The translations under genes were made by a program, and so were the position numbers. The notes beneath the pieces are model-generated. The model did not search any database. It saw only the letters and a list, made by a program, of their open reading frames with translations, and was not told where the DNA came from. A DNA stretch of 64,000 bases, from assembly GCA_020356105.1 (NCBI GenBank), contig CP070634.1, positions 3,242,465-3,306,464 of the forward strand. Reading direction: 5' to 3'. Every line of letters starts with the position of its first letter. Positions within the stretch are counted from its first letter, which is position 1. Positions 31,869 through 42,339 of this stretch are shown here, one piece after another. This DNA comes from Rhodospirillales bacterium (lineage in GTDB: Bacteria; Pseudomonadota; Alphaproteobacteria; UBA8366; JADFVY01).

Positions 31869-32831
31869 TCAATCCAGCCCGTAGGCGCCCGGTCGCGTGA
31901 TGCCTTGGTGGAACTGCAGGATGGCCAGATATTCCAGCGGGTCCTTCGGCCTGACGATCGCGCCTTCCGACTGGTGCAGCCAATCGTACAACCGGGTGAG
32001 CAAGAACCGGAGCGCCGAGCCGCGGGCCAGCACCGGCAGCGCCGCGAGTTCCGCATCGGAAAACGCACGCACGCTGCGATAGGCGGACAACATGCCACGC
32101 GCCTTTGTGATATTGAAGCTGCGATCTCGCTCGAAACACCAGGCGTTGAGGCAGGTTGCCAGATCGTAGGCAAAGAAATCGTTGCAGGCGAAATAGAAAT
32201 CGATAAGACCCGACAACGACTCGCCGATGAAGAAGACATTGTCCGGGAACAGATCCGCATGGCATATACCCGACGGCAGGCCCGTCGGCCAGTTCGACTC
32301 CAGATGATCGAGTTCCTGGTAGAGGATATCCGCTAGACCGTCCTGCACTTCGAAGGCGCGCCCCGCCGATGCCTCCAGCAGCGCACGCCAGCTGTCGACC
32401 GACAATGCGTTGTGGCGGGTCATGGTGAAGTCCTGGCTGGCGACATGTAGCGCGGCGAGCGCCCGACCGACTTCGGCGCAGTGCTCGGTCTTTATGCGCC
32501 GTGGCCACATCCCGGTCAGGAAGGTCACGATTGCGGCGGGCCGGCCACACAGACGCCTCAGCGCCGCACCGTCACGACCGTGCACCGGCGTCGGGCACGG
32601 GATGCCCTTGCCGGCGAGATGTTCCATAAGGCCGAGAAAGAACGGCAGGTCCCCCTCCGATACGCGCTTCTCGTAAAGCGTTAGGATGAAGTTGCCCTGG
32701 TCCGTCTGGAGCAGGTAGTTCGTGTTTTCAACGCCTTCGGCGATACCCTTGCACGACAGTACGGCGCCGAGATCGTACTCGGCGATGAACCGGTCCAGTT
32801 CCTCGTCCCCGACCTCTGTATAGACCGCCAT
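31869..32831 (-). CDS. thrB: Homoserine kinase (ThrB type II, APH-like fold)
   Basis: [22 protein letters not shown]…[13 protein letters not shown]…[13 protein letters not shown]. Confidence 0.9.
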   Translation of the reverse strand: MAVYTEVGDEELDRFIAEYDLGAVLSCKGIAEGVENTNYLLQTDQGNFILTLYEKRVSEGDLPFFLGLMEHLAGKGIPCPTPVHGRDGAALRRLCGRPAAIVTFLTGMWPRRIKTEHCAEVGRALAALHVASQDFTMTRHNALSVDSWRALLEASAGRAFEVQDGLADILYQELDHLESNWPTGLPSGICHADLFPDNVFFIGESLSGLIDFYFACNDFFAYDLATCLNAWCFERDRSFNITKARGMLSAYRSVRAFSDAELAALPVLARGSALRFLLTRLYDWLHQSEGAIVRPKDPLEYLAILQFHQGITRPGAYGLD

Positions 32832-32842
32832 CGCCGCTACAA

Positions 32843-33784
32843 TCAGGCGCTCAGCGCGCGTGGCAGGTTGAAATGCATCGACTCCTCCCCGATCGAGATC
32901 TCCTCGATCGACACGTCGAATCGCGCGCGGCAGGCAACGATCAACTCGTCCACAAGGGTTTCCGGCGCCGAGGCACCTGCCGTAATCCCCAGGGTTCGAG
33001 CGTTGTCAAGCAGTTGCCAGTCGAGCTCGTCGGCGCTCTGCACCAGGAACGCCTTTTGACAACCGGCGCCCCGCGCCACCTCGACAAGGCGTTGCGAGTT
33101 TGAGGAATTCGGCGCGCCGACCACAACCAGCGCATCGCACCGCGGCGCAATCACCTTGACGGCACCCTGCCGATTCGTGGTTGCGTAACAGATATCCTCC
33201 TTGCCTGGCCCCGCGATCCCGGGATAGCGCCGCCGCAGTGCCCGCACGATCTCTGCCGTATCGTCAACCGACAGCGTGGTCTGCGTGATATAGGCGAGCG
33301 GCTCGTCGGAGTGGAATACAAGTTTCGCAACGGTGGCGACGGAATCGACGAGCACGATCGCGCCGTCCGGCAGTTGCCCCATCGTCCCGATGACCTCCGG
33401 ATGTCCATCGTGTCCGATCAGGACGATCCGGCGGCCGGCCGCATGGTGGTGCTGGGCTTCGTGATGCACCTTGCTGACCAGCGGACAGGTGGCGTCGATA
33501 TACATCATGTTCCGCCGGCGGGCTTCGGCCGGCACGCTTTTCGGGACACCATGGGCCGAAAAAACAACCGGCCGGTCGGCTGGCGCCGCATCCAGCTCCT
33601 CAACGAACACAGCGCCTTTGGCCTCGAGATCGTTCACCACGTGGCGGTTGTGAACGATCTCGTGCCGCACATAGACAGGAGCGCCATGTTTTTCGATCGC
33701 CGTCTCAACGATCTTGATGGCGCGCGCGACGCCGGCACAGAATCCGCGTGGCGCGGCAAGAAGGATATTCAGGGGTGGGCCCAT
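32843..33784 (-). CDS. ispH: 4-hydroxy-3-methylbut-2-enyl diphosphate reductase
   Basis: Three cluster Cys contexts: [20 protein letters not shown] and [13 protein letters not shown] at 33784. Confidence 0.93.
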   Translation of the reverse strand: MGPPLNILLAAPRGFCAGVARAIKIVETAIEKHGAPVYVRHEIVHNRHVVNDLEAKGAVFVEELDAAPADRPVVFSAHGVPKSVPAEARRRNMMYIDATCPLVSKVHHEAQHHHAAGRRIVLIGHDGHPEVIGTMGQLPDGAIVLVDSVATVAKLVFHSDEPLAYITQTTLSVDDTAEIVRALRRRYPGIAGPGKEDICYATTNRQGAVKVIAPRCDALVVVGAPNSSNSQRLVEVARGAGCQKAFLVQSADELDWQLLDNARTLGITAGASAPETLVDELIVACRARFDVSIEEISIGEESMHFNLPRALSA

Positions 33785-33984
33785 GACAAATCTGTCCCGC
33801 CAGTGGTTCCGGTCGAACAGCCGCTGCGGCTGGCGCCGCATGGCCGGCTCGTGGGCCTTGTGTAACCATCGACGCCTCTTTAGTATCGCCGGCGATGGCC
33901 CGTCAACCGCCGTCGAACCGCGCCTTGCGAGCGCGGCCAAGTTATCACAGGCGCGAGCCGGATTGGAACCGAAGGCTGAGCAAT

Positions 33985-34224
33985 ATGGCCGAACCAGACA
34001 TGCCGCAGAAGGAACCCTACGCGGTCGACGTCGAAGAGGGCAAAACCTATCTCTGGTGCCGTTGCGGAAAGAGTGCCAAACAGCCCTTCTGCGATTTCAG
34101 CCACAAGGGAACCGAGTTCTTGCCGATCCGCTACAGGGCTGAGGCATCGGCAACAGTCTATTTTTGTGGGTGCAAGCGCAGCGCCGGCGCGCCGCTGTGT
34201 GACGGCACGCACAATAGTCTCTAG
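33985..34224 (+). CDS. CDGSH iron-sulfur domain protein (two CDGSH-type motifs)
   Basis: [16 protein letters not shown] and [16 protein letters not shown]. 79 aa from the ATG at 33985. Confidence 0.8.
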   Translation: MAEPDMPQKEPYAVDVEEGKTYLWCRCGKSAKQPFCDFSHKGTEFLPIRYRAEASATVYFCGCKRSAGAPLCDGTHNSL

Positions 34225-34231
34225 CGGTATC

Positions 34232-34789
34232 GTGTCTTTCGGTCGCGGTCGGTTGATCGGGCGGATAGCGTCCGGTTTCCTGGTGGTTCTGATCGCCGGC
34301 TGCACGGATGATGATGCCGGCGCGCCATGTCCCGTCGCGCGCGTGATGGGCGAGCCGTCCGAGTTGACCCGGTTCGGCGAAGGGCCGGGTCGCGATCCCA
34401 CCGACATCCTGTTTGAGGCCAAGTTTCTGCAGGTCGTTGGCGAGTGCAGCTATGACGATGAGGGCGGCGAGATCGACGTCGAGCTGAATGTCGTCATCGA
34501 CATCCTGCGTGGAAGAGCCAATCGAGACGGCACGGTCTCGTTCCGCTATTTCGTGGCCGTAACGGAGCACGGTCAGGGAACCGGATCCGATCCGGTGATC
34601 CATGGGCGACAGGCTTTCCCGGTGGAGCTGTCCTTTGCGGATACGCGAAGAAACCTGCGGTTCACCGATGAGCTCGATATTACCATTCCGCGCCCGGATG
34701 CGCGCAGCGTGCGCGCCTATGTACTGTATTTGGGTTTCGAACTCACGGCCGAGGAGCTCGACTACAACGAGCAGAAGCTCGGATTTTGA
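34232..34789 (+). CDS. Uncharacterised lipoprotein
   Basis: Lipobox FLVVLIAGC. No family recognised by me. The start is GTG 34232 or TTG 34253. Confidence 0.55.
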   Translation: MSFGRGRLIGRIASGFLVVLIAGCTDDDAGAPCPVARVMGEPSELTRFGEGPGRDPTDILFEAKFLQVVGECSYDDEGGEIDVELNVVIDILRGRANRDGTVSFRYFVAVTEHGQGTGSDPVIHGRQAFPVELSFADTRRNLRFTDELDITIPRPDARSVRAYVLYLGFELTAEELDYNEQKLGF

Positions 34790-34828
34790 GGCATCGCGTT
34801 TGACATCGCGGATCGGACGGATAATCTT

Positions 34829-34851
34829 GCGGGATCACGCGGCGATCCCGC
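34829..34851 (+). promoter_or_regulatory. Perfect 8-bp hairpin GCGGGATC-N7-GATCCCGC flanked by TCGGACGGA direct repeats, 25 nt upstream of gcvH
   Basis: The repeats are at 34813..34821 and 34855..34863. The second runs into the GGAGG SD region of gcvH. Confidence 0.3.
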
Positions 34852-34875
34852 CGGTCGGACGGAGGCTGGAGAGAA

Positions 34876-35253
34876 ATGGGCGACCTTCGCTTTTCCGAAG
34901 AGCATGAGTGGGTTTCAGTGGACGGTGACGTGGCTACGGTCGGGATCAGCAACTTCGCCCAGGAGCAGTTGGGCGACGTTGTGTTCGTTGAGCTTCCCGA
35001 AGTCGGCCGATCCGTGAACCGTGGTGACGAGATTGCGGTCGTCGAGTCCGTTAAAGCGGCGAGCGAGATCTATACGCCGCTTACGGGCGAGATCGTCGAG
35101 GTCAACATGGCGCTGGCGGACGAGCCTGCCAAGGTCAACGAGTCGCCGGAAGCCGATGGCTGGTTCTTCCGACTGCGGATGAGCGACGCCTCGCAGCTCG
35201 TCGATCTCATGGACGCGGCGGCATACAAGACCTTCGTCGACGAGCAGGGCTGA
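34876..35253 (+). CDS. gcvH: Glycine cleavage system H protein / lipoyl carrier
   Basis: Lipoyl-lysine motif VESVKAAS. 125 aa. No gcvT or gcvP in this window. Confidence 0.93.
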   Translation: MGDLRFSEEHEWVSVDGDVATVGISNFAQEQLGDVVFVELPEVGRSVNRGDEIAVVESVKAASEIYTPLTGEIVEVNMALADEPAKVNESPEADGWFFRLRMSDASQLVDLMDAAAYKTFVDEQG

Positions 35254-35287
35254 TACGGTTTGTGAGGCTAGTGGCTCTGACCGGCCA

Positions 35288-35304
35288 GCCCGACGCTGTC
35301 GGGC
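35288..35304. terminator. GC hairpin between convergent gcvH and atpF (no clear U-tract)
   Basis: GCCCGAC-gct-GTCGGGC, a perfect 7-bp stem. Confidence 0.2.
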
Positions 35305-35353
35305 GCCGCGTCTTGCTGCGAGATCAGCGCGTCATGTTGCCGCGCATCGACCC

Positions 35354-35848
35354 TCAGTGCAGCTTGTCGGAGAGCCCCTTGATCGCATCCGATACGGATT
35401 TTTCGCCGGATTTCCCCGCCAGTTTTTCTTCAAGCAGCTTCGCTGTCGCGCTGATCGCGAGATCCACCGCCTGGTTGCGGATGTCCTCGAGCGCGGCGGC
35501 CTCGGCCTGGGCGATCTTCGCCGCCGCCTGCTGTTCGCGGCGCCTGATCGAATCCTCGAGTTCGGCCTCGGCCCGGGCCCGGCTGCGCTCTGCCTCCTCA
35601 TGCGCGTGCTCGATGATCTTCGCGGCCTCTTGCAGTGCCTCGCGCTGGCGCCTTTGATAGCTGGCCAAGGTCGACTGGGCCTCTTCGCGCAGCCGCTGTG
35701 CCTCTTCGATTTCTTCACGAATTCGAGCGATCCGCTGGTCCAGCGCTCCAGTCAGGATACGCTTCCCCGGCCGGTAGACGAGCACGACGAACACAACGAA
35801 CGCAACGCCGGCCCAGAACGTTGTGTTGTTCCACAGGTCGTCCATCAC
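35354..35848 (-). CDS. atpF: ATP synthase F0 subunit b
   Basis: N-terminal TM plus a long charged helix. Last gene of the atpI-B-E-F'-F order. Confidence 0.88.
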   Translation of the reverse strand: MMDDLWNNTTFWAGVAFVVFVVLVYRPGKRILTGALDQRIARIREEIEEAQRLREEAQSTLASYQRRQREALQEAAKIIEHAHEEAERSRARAEAELEDSIRRREQQAAAKIAQAEAAALEDIRNQAVDLAISATAKLLEEKLAGKSGEKSVSDAIKGLSDKLH

Positions 35849-36435
35849 CCCGTTTCCTTCAGTGAGCTCTTGACCGCCGCCTTCGCCTCGCTTGCCGTGA
35901 TCTTCATGCCGGCGAGTTTTGCGGCGGCCTGCTGGACGACATCCGCCGCGACATCCTGAAGGCTTGCGATCGCGGGCTCCTTGGCGGCGGCGATCCTTGC
36001 CTCCGCCGCCTTGGTGTCTTCGGCCAGCCGCGCCGCCACCTCGGCCCGGCGTGCCGCGGCCAATGAAGCAATCGCCTCGGCTGCCTCGCGCTGCACGACG
36101 TGGGCCTTGTCCGCGGCCTCGGCCAGGGACTTCTCGTACTCCGCCATCACCGCTTCCGCTTCCTCGCGGTGCGCGGCCGCCTTGTCGAGGTCATCGTCTA
36201 TCTTCTGCCGTCGTGCCTCCAGGGCCTCGCCGATCCTCGGCAGCGCATTGTTGCGCACGATCAGGAAGAAGACGACGAGGATCGCCGCCAGCCAAAAAAG
36301 CTGCGGCAAGAACGTCGAGGAGTCGAACTGCGGCAGACCCCCGTTGCCCTCCGCGGCCGCGAAGGCGGAGCCCGAACCGACGAAAGTGACCGCTGCGAGT
36401 GCGGCCACTGCGACGGATCTAACCAATGCCACCAT
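35845..36435 (-). CDS. atpF2: ATP synthase F0 subunit b'
   Basis: Signal/TM, then …PQLFWLAAILVVFFLIV… and a charged helix. The stop overlaps the atpF ATG. The start is ATG 36435 or 36456. Confidence 0.85.
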   Translation of the reverse strand: MVALVRSVAVAALAAVTFVGSGSAFAAAEGNGGLPQFDSSTFLPQLFWLAAILVVFFLIVRNNALPRIGEALEARRQKIDDDLDKAAAHREEAEAVMAEYEKSLAEAADKAHVVQREAAEAIASLAAARRAEVAARLAEDTKAAEARIAAAKEPAIASLQDVAADVVQQAAAKLAGMKITASEAKAAVKSSLKETG

Positions 36436-36524
36436 GTTTACCGATTCCGCTTGCATTGCGCCCACACGGGCAGAACGTGACCGATGCCCCGGCTGCGACA
36501 TCGGATGCTGCCGTCGCGCGCCGT

Positions 36525-36749
36525 TCAGGTGAAGAGAATCAGGAACGAGATAAGCAGAGCGTACAACGCGACCGCCTCGACCAGCGCGAAGCCGAGCATC
36601 GCCATCGGGAAGATTTGCGGACGCGTCGCAGGGTTGCGTGCGATCGAGCCGATCAGCGATGAAAAGATGCTTCCAATACCGACACCCACGCCGGACAGTC
36701 CGATCACGGCAAGGCCGGCACCGATCATCTTTGCGGCATCAAGTTCCAT
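36525..36749 (-). CDS. atpE: ATP synthase F0 subunit c
   Basis: 74-aa hairpin protein with [10 protein letters not shown] and the carboxylate in [11 protein letters not shown]. Confidence 0.95.
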   Translation of the reverse strand: MELDAAKMIGAGLAVIGLSGVGVGIGSIFSSLIGSIARNPATRPQIFPMAMLGFALVEAVALYALLISFLILFT

Positions 36750-36807
36750 TGTCTTGGTTCCCCGTCTATTGATCCGAATGATAGGGCGGTTCCGCTCTGG
36801 AGCCGCC

Positions 36808-37545
36808 CTAGTGGAGGTTGAGCGCGTCGTTCAGATACAGGCAGGTCAGCACGGTAAAGACATAGGCCTGCAAGAAGGCGACGAGCAGTTCGAAACCGGT
36901 CAGTGCCACGTTCATGGCGATCGGCGCCAGGCCGCCGAGTCCCAGGGTGATCGCTCCCAGCGGTACAACGAACCCGGCAAACACCTTGATCATGGTGTGC
37001 CCCGCCATCATGTTCGCGAACAGGCGGATCGACAGGCTAACGGGGCGTGACAGGTAGGAGATGATTTCGATCGGGATCATCAGCGGCATCATCAGGGCGG
37101 GCACGCCCGACGGCACGAACAGGCTGAGAAAATGCAGGCCGTGCTTGGCAAGGCCGATGATGGTGACCGATATGATGACCGCCACCGCCAAGGCGCCGGT
37201 CACGATAATGTGGCTCGTATAGGTAAAGCTGCCCGGGATCAGCCCCAGTAGATTGCCGAACAGGATGAACATGAACAGCGTGAAGATATACGGGAAGTAA
37301 CGCCGACCGGCATCGCCGACGTTGTCGCGTATCATGTTCGCAATGAATTCATAGGCCATCTCGGCCATGAGCTGCATGCGCCCGGGAACAAGCGCCCGCC
37401 GGCGGGCCCCGACCGTCAGGAACAGCGATGCGACCCCCGTCGCAATGACCATCCACAAGGCGGAATTGGTGAACGACAGGTCCAATCCGCCGATCTCGAT
37501 CGGCACGACCGGATGGATCTCAAACTGCTCGATCGGACCCGCCAC
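36808..37545 (-). CDS. atpB: ATP synthase F0 subunit a
   Basis: The conserved Arg region is [14 protein letters not shown]. 245 aa, polytopic. Confidence 0.95.
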   Translation of the reverse strand: MAGPIEQFEIHPVVPIEIGGLDLSFTNSALWMVIATGVASLFLTVGARRRALVPGRMQLMAEMAYEFIANMIRDNVGDAGRRYFPYIFTLFMFILFGNLLGLIPGSFTYTSHIIVTGALAVAVIISVTIIGLAKHGLHFLSLFVPSGVPALMMPLMIPIEIISYLSRPVSLSIRLFANMMAGHTMIKVFAGFVVPLGAITLGLGGLAPIAMNVALTGFELLVAFLQAYVFTVLTCLYLNDALNLH

Positions 37546-37570
37546 CTTCGACCTCGCCTAAGCTCTCGCC

Positions 37571-37975
37571 TCAATCCTGCTCCGGGCGCGTCCGCGCGGC
37601 CTTATCGCCGTCTGCCTTCGCCGCGCCCCGATCCTTGCCCCTGGCCGGCTCCTTGTAGCCGACGGCAAGGCCGTATCCCATGGCGGCGCGGTAGACATTA
37701 AGAATGGCCGCCCCTGCGCCTAGAAAGAAGAACACAACCAGCAGCCAGGGACCTGTTCCGAGCCACCAGTCCAACAACAGACCGATCCCGACACCCACGG
37801 CGAGCGCCGAAACCATCTCGACGCCGATGCGCAGGGCCCAACCGAGCCCACCCATCCCGCCGGGACTGCCAGAGAGGCCTTTGCCGCCTCGCCGATCGGT
37901 TCCGCGGTGCTCGCGTGCAGCACGGAGCCGTTCGCCCAGTTCATCGAGTGAGGGCGGTTTGTCCTCCGTGCCCAT
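37571..37975 (-). CDS. atpI: AtpI/AtpZ-type F0F1 assembly protein
   Basis: Small 2-TM protein at the head of the F0 operon. ATG at 37975 is preferred over the track TTG at 37993. Confidence 0.7.
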   Translation of the reverse strand: MGTEDKPPSLDELGERLRAAREHRGTDRRGGKGLSGSPGGMGGLGWALRIGVEMVSALAVGVGIGLLLDWWLGTGPWLLVVFFFLGAGAAILNVYRAAMGYGLAVGYKEPARGKDRGAAKADGDKAARTRPEQD

Positions 37976-38122
37976 CCCGATCCCCTGAAACAACCGGCAC
38001 CACGCCGAAAAGCGCGGGCACCATACTGACGGCCAAAATTCAAGTCAAGGCGGAATACCGCACTGCGGAAAATGGCCGCAAGGCCGCAGAAAACAAGGCA
38101 TATCCGGATATGCTGCGGGGTC

Positions 38123-41100
38123 CTAAGCCGACTCGCGCAAGGCCTCGGCCCGGGCCAGGTCAACCGAGACCAGCTGGCTGACGCCGGCCTCCCCCATGGT
38201 CACGCCGAACAACCGATCCATGCGCGCCATGGTCATGCGGTGATGTGTGACGAGCAGGAATCGCGTCTCCCGGGTGTGGGCCAGCTCGCTGACCAGCGAA
38301 CAGAACCGGTCGACATTGCTGTCGTCGAGCGGCGCGTCGACCTCGTCCAGCACGCAGATCGGCGCGGGGTTGGTCAGGAACACGGCGAACAACAGCGCCA
38401 CCGCGGTCAGTGCCTGCTCCCCGCCAGACAACAGCGACATCGTCGTCAGCTTCTTGCCCGGCGGGCTCGCCATGATTTCCAGTCCCGCCTCAAGCGGGTC
38501 GTCGGCCTCGGTCAGCGCCAGATGGGCGCGGCCGCCGCCGAACAGCCGGGTGAACAGTTCCTCGAAATGTGTGTTGACCTCCTCGAACGCGGCCATTAGC
38601 CGGTCACGACCCTCCCGGTTCAAGGTGCCAATCCCCTGCCGCAGCCGGGCGATGGCGGCCAGCAGGTCCTCGCGCTCGGCATGCAGCGTCGAAACCTGTT
38701 CGCGCAGTTCCTCGGCCTCCTGCTCGGCCCGCAGGTTGACCGGCCCCATCCCGTCCCGCTCGCGGCCGAGCCGCTCAAGACGGGCCGCGGCGGTGTCACC
38801 GTCCGGCAGTTCTTCGGCCTCGTCGATCCCGGTGGCTGCGAGAATCCGCTCCGGCGCCACGTCCAGTTTATCGGCGACCCGAACTGCCACTGCGGCGCGG
38901 TCGCGCTCCGCCTGATCGCGCGCGGCCTCCACCCGGACAAGCTGCTCGCGGGCCTCCGCCTGCTCCGCCTCCGAGGCCCTCAGGGCCCGGTCTGCTTCGG
39001 CAAGCGCCGTCTCGGCGGTCGCCAGTTCGTCCGCCGCGTGTCCCCGTTTCGCCTCGGCATTTGCAATCTGGGACATCAAGGCCTTGCCCTTCGCCTCGAT
39101 TTCCGCGGGGCGCTCGGCAAGGCGGCGCTGCTCCGATTCGGCCGTGGCCCGGCGCGCGTCCAGATCGGCGAGCCGTGCCTGGGTGCCGGCGGTTCGCTGC
39201 TGCCAGGAAGCAACCTCGGTTTCGATCGCCTGAAGCCGCTCGCGGCGGCGTTCCGCTTCGCCGATCAGCCGCTCGTGAATGGCGCGCTGGCTTGCCTCGG
39301 CAGCGCGCAGATCCCCGAGTTCCGCGCGCATCGCCGCGACCCTTTCCCGGATCGCCGCAAGGTCGTCCAGTTGGCTGAGCTCGTCCTTTGCGATGCTCTC
39401 GGCCCGCGCCGTCTCGGCGAGATCGCTCTCCACGGTCTCCAGCGTCTCGATGAGCGATGCAAGTCTGGACTCCCGTGCGATCCGTGCATGGGCCAGCTCG
39501 CCATGCGCTTGGCGCGCCGCGTCAAGCGCGGCAAATCCGGCTCGCATTGCCTCGCGCGCCGCCCGGTCGCTCTCGATCGCAGCAGCGTGAGCCGCGCGCG
39601 CCGCCGCAAGGGCTTCCGCGGCCTTGCTCGCTGATCGGTCGGCGTCGGCGCGCCGGGCTCGTATCTCGGCCAGGCGATTGCGCTGGGCAAGCCGGGTTGC
39701 GGCCGTGGTCACCGCGCCCGGAGATATGGTGAAACCGTCCCATCGCCACAGCCCGCCATCACGCGAGACCAGCCGCTGGCCGACCGCCAGCTGCCCGGCC
39801 AGTCTTGCCGCATCGGCCGCCTTGTCGACGACGCCGATCGCCCCCAGCCGGCGGGTCAGTTCCGGCGGTGCCGTCACGAACTGCGCCAACGGCAGCGTTC
39901 CGCCCGGCAACGGTGTCATGCTGACCGGGGGTAGCCGTTTCCAGTGGATCGGCGCCGCGCCATCGATTGGCGCATCGAGGTCCTCGCCGAGTGCGGCGCC
40001 CAGCGCGGCTTCGTAACCCGCCTCAACGGCGATTGCATCGATTACCGGCGAAAACAGGCTTGTTTCCTCCGGCTCCAGCAATTCGGCCAGCGCCCGCTCC
40101 TCGGCGATCAGCCGGTCCAATGCCGACTGCGCTTCCTGCACGCTTGCGCGCGCCGCGGCCTCTCGCTCCTCCGCCGTGGACCGTTCGGCCTCCGTGGCCT
40201 CTTGCACAGTGCGCTGCCGCCCCGCTTCCGCCTCGGCGGCCTCGACGGCGGCCGCGGCCTTTGTCAGCGGCGCATCATCATCCAGGCCTTCGACCTGTCT
40301 TGCGCGCTCGGCTTCGAGTTCGCTCTGGCGGGCAGACAGGCGCGCGCGTCGCTCGCCCAGCTCGGCGATGCGCCCGGTAAGCGCGTCGCGTCGTGCTTCG
40401 CTATCGGCCAGTCGCGCGGTTGCATCCTGGAGGGCGGACTCGCATTGCGCGACCGCGCGCGTTGCGCCGTCCAGCCCCTCTGCCGCCGCGTCCCGTTGTT
40501 CCGCCTCGTCGGCCAGCGCCACGGCGAGAATGCCGCGCTCGTCTTCAAGGCGCCCCATCGCCTCCGCCGCGTCGGCCTCCAGCGTCCGCTCGCGTTCGAT
40601 GTCATCGGCGATCTGCTGCAGCTGCTGGTCCAGCCGCGTCCGCGCCGCAGCGACCTGCGCTGCTTCGCTTTCGAGCTCCCGGTGCGCCAGCTGCAGGTGC
40701 TGCAGCGCCGCGGCGGCGGCAGCTTCCGCCTCGCGCCGAGGCGGCAGGGCGGCGGCGGCCTCGGCTTGCGCAGCCGCGGCACGGGCGGCTGCGGCGGTGT
40801 GATCGCCTACCCTGCTGCGGGCCGCCTCTAAGGCGGACTCGGCCGCCACGAGTATCTCGGTCGCCAGCGTCCAGTCGTAGTGCAGCAGGATCGCATCGAG
40901 CCGCCGGATCTCTTCCGACAGGCGCCGATAGCGCGCGGCTTGGCGGGCCTGGCGCTGCAATCCCTGCTGCTGGCCCTCGAGCGCCGCAATGACGTCCTCA
41001 AGTCGCTCCAGATTGGCTTCCGCGGCGCGCAGCCGCAGCTCGGCCTCGTGACGACGTGTATGCAGTCCCTTGATGCCGGCCGCCTCCTCGAGAATGGCGC

Positions 41101-41581
41101 GGCGCTCGATCGGCTTGGCGCCAATCAACGCCGTAATCCGCCCCTGTCCCACGAGTGCCGTCGAATGGGCGCCCGTCGCAAGATCGGCGAACAGCAGCTG
41201 GACATCCCGGGCGCGCACCTCCTTACCGTTCACCCGGTAGATCGAGCCCGCATCGCGTTCGATGCGGCGCGAGACCTCGAGTTCGTCCGAGTCGTTGAAT
41301 GTCGCCGGGGCGCGGCGGTCGGAGTTGTCGATGTGCAGGACGACCTCGGCGATATTCCGCGCTGGCCGCGCTGTCGTGCCGCCGAAGATCACGTCGTCCA
41401 TGCCGCCGCCGCGCATGCTCTTGGCCGAGGTTTCGCCCATCACCCAGCGCAGCGCCTCGACGACGTTGGACTTGCCGCAGCCATTCGGCCCGACGATGCC
41501 CGTGGTGCCCGGTTCGATCAGCAGCTCGACGGGATCGACGAAGGATTTGAACCCGGAAACGCGGAGTCTGGTGAAATGCAC
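38123..41581 (-). CDS. smc: Chromosome segregation protein SMC
   Basis: Walker A GPNGCGKSN, long Ala/Glu/Arg coiled coils, signature LSGGEQALTAVALLFA and Walker B ICVLDEVDAPLD. Confidence 0.96.
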   Translation of the reverse strand: MHFTRLRVSGFKSFVDPVELLIEPGTTGIVGPNGCGKSNVVEALRWVMGETSAKSMRGGGMDDVIFGGTTARPARNIAEVVLHIDNSDRRAPATFNDSDELEVSRRIERDAGSIYRVNGKEVRARDVQLLFADLATGAHSTALVGQGRITALIGAKPIERRAILEEAAGIKGLHTRRHEAELRLRAAEANLERLEDVIAALEGQQQGLQRQARQAARYRRLSEEIRRLDAILLHYDWTLATEILVAAESALEAARSRVGDHTAAAARAAAAQAEAAAALPPRREAEAAAAAALQHLQLAHRELESEAAQVAAARTRLDQQLQQIADDIERERTLEADAAEAMGRLEDERGILAVALADEAEQRDAAAEGLDGATRAVAQCESALQDATARLADSEARRDALTGRIAELGERRARLSARQSELEAERARQVEGLDDDAPLTKAAAAVEAAEAEAGRQRTVQEATEAERSTAEEREAAARASVQEAQSALDRLIAEERALAELLEPEETSLFSPVIDAIAVEAGYEAALGAALGEDLDAPIDGAAPIHWKRLPPVSMTPLPGGTLPLAQFVTAPPELTRRLGAIGVVDKAADAARLAGQLAVGQRLVSRDGGLWRWDGFTISPGAVTTAATRLAQRNRLAEIRARRADADRSASKAAEALAAARAAHAAAIESDRAAREAMRAGFAALDAARQAHGELAHARIARESRLASLIETLETVESDLAETARAESIAKDELSQLDDLAAIRERVAAMRAELGDLRAAEASQRAIHERLIGEAERRRERLQAIETEVASWQQRTAGTQARLADLDARRATAESEQRRLAERPAEIEAKGKALMSQIANAEAKRGHAADELATAETALAEADRALRASEAEQAEAREQLVRVEAARDQAERDRAAVAVRVADKLDVAPERILAATGIDEAEELPDGDTAAARLERLGRERDGMGPVNLRAEQEAEELREQVSTLHAEREDLLAAIARLRQGIGTLNREGRDRLMAAFEEVNTHFEELFTRLFGGGRAHLALTEADDPLEAGLEIMASPPGKKLTTMSLLSGGEQALTAVALLFAVFLTNPAPICVLDEVDAPLDDSNVDRFCSLVSELAHTRETRFLLVTHHRMTMARMDRLFGVTMGEAGVSQLVSVDLARAEALRESA

Positions 41582-41622
41582 GTCGGCGTGCCCGTTCGCC
41601 TAGTGGGGCGCTGCGAAGGCGA

Positions 41623-42228
41623 TCATTTGGCGGCGTCCTCCAGCACCTTGTTGAAATCCGCGTATTCCAACACCCCGCGGATGACTTGTCCGTCGATCAC
41701 GAAGCTGGGTGTACTCTCGACGCCGTATTCCATTCGACCGTCGAGCGCCCGCTCGCGTATCCCCGTGAACAATTCCTCGTTACCGGTGCAGGCATCGAAA
41801 TCCGCCTGGCTCATGCCGCCTAGCCGAGCCAGCTGCGCCAGCGCCTTTAACGGATCGGCACTTGTCCCCCAGCTCCGCTGCTGCTTGTAGAACACCTCGA
41901 GGTAACTGAAGTATCGGTCCTCCGGCGCGCAGCGCGCGACCATCGCGGCGTATAGTGCCAGCGCCACCGGATTCGTGGGGTAATCACGGTAGATCAGCTT
42001 GGCGCGTCCGGTATCGATCCAGTCCTTCTTGACCTGCGGTAAGACCTCGTTGTGGAATTTGGCGCAGGAGGGGCAGGTCAGGGAGGCGTATTCGATGATC
42101 GTGAGCGGGGCGCCGGGATCTCCGAGAACCCGGTCCTTGAGCGCCTGCTCGGTCGGTAGTGGTTCGGCCTGCGCCGCGACGGCGAGCCCCAGCGCAGCCA
42201 AGCCTGCCATCAGAGCGGAAATTCGCAT
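41623..42228 (-). CDS. DsbA-family thiol:disulfide oxidoreductase, secreted (paralog 1)
   Basis: Signal peptide MRISALMAGLAALGLAVAAQA and active site CPSCAKFH. Confidence 0.85.
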   Translation of the reverse strand: MRISALMAGLAALGLAVAAQAEPLPTEQALKDRVLGDPGAPLTIIEYASLTCPSCAKFHNEVLPQVKKDWIDTGRAKLIYRDYPTNPVALALYAAMVARCAPEDRYFSYLEVFYKQQRSWGTSADPLKALAQLARLGGMSQADFDACTGNEELFTGIRERALDGRMEYGVESTPSFVIDGQVIRGVLEYADFNKVLEDAAK

Positions 42229-42339
42229 CACCGGTCGCCTCCTCACCAAGCCCGCCTCAAGACACAATATCTGGTAGGCTGAGAATATAGACCTACTATC
42301 ATGGCGCAATCAAGACGCGTTCGCCGACCGTTGCCGTCG

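Noticed and set aside
31859-32260. Upstream extension of the rnhA ORF (track 31421..32260)
   Set aside because: It overlaps thrB in another frame. RNase HI begins at the ATG at 31858 ([14 protein letters not shown]…).
34790-34875. Possible glycine riboswitch upstream of gcvH (CTGGAGAG resembles the start of the aptamer)
   Set aside because: Only 86 nt are available. The GGAGAG is the SD, and none of the conserved aptamer core segments are present.
38099-38112. 14-bp perfect palindrome CATATCCGGATATG between smc and the atp F0 operon
   Set aside because: It is a single short palindrome with no second copy or recognisable motif. It could be a promoter-region operator or the smc terminator stem. 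There is not enough to support a call.
38123-41581. GC-rich low-complexity repeats and many nested ORFs inside smc
   Set aside because: They are explained by the Ala/Glu/Arg-rich coiled-coil arms of a full-length SMC with intact Walker A/B and signature motifs.
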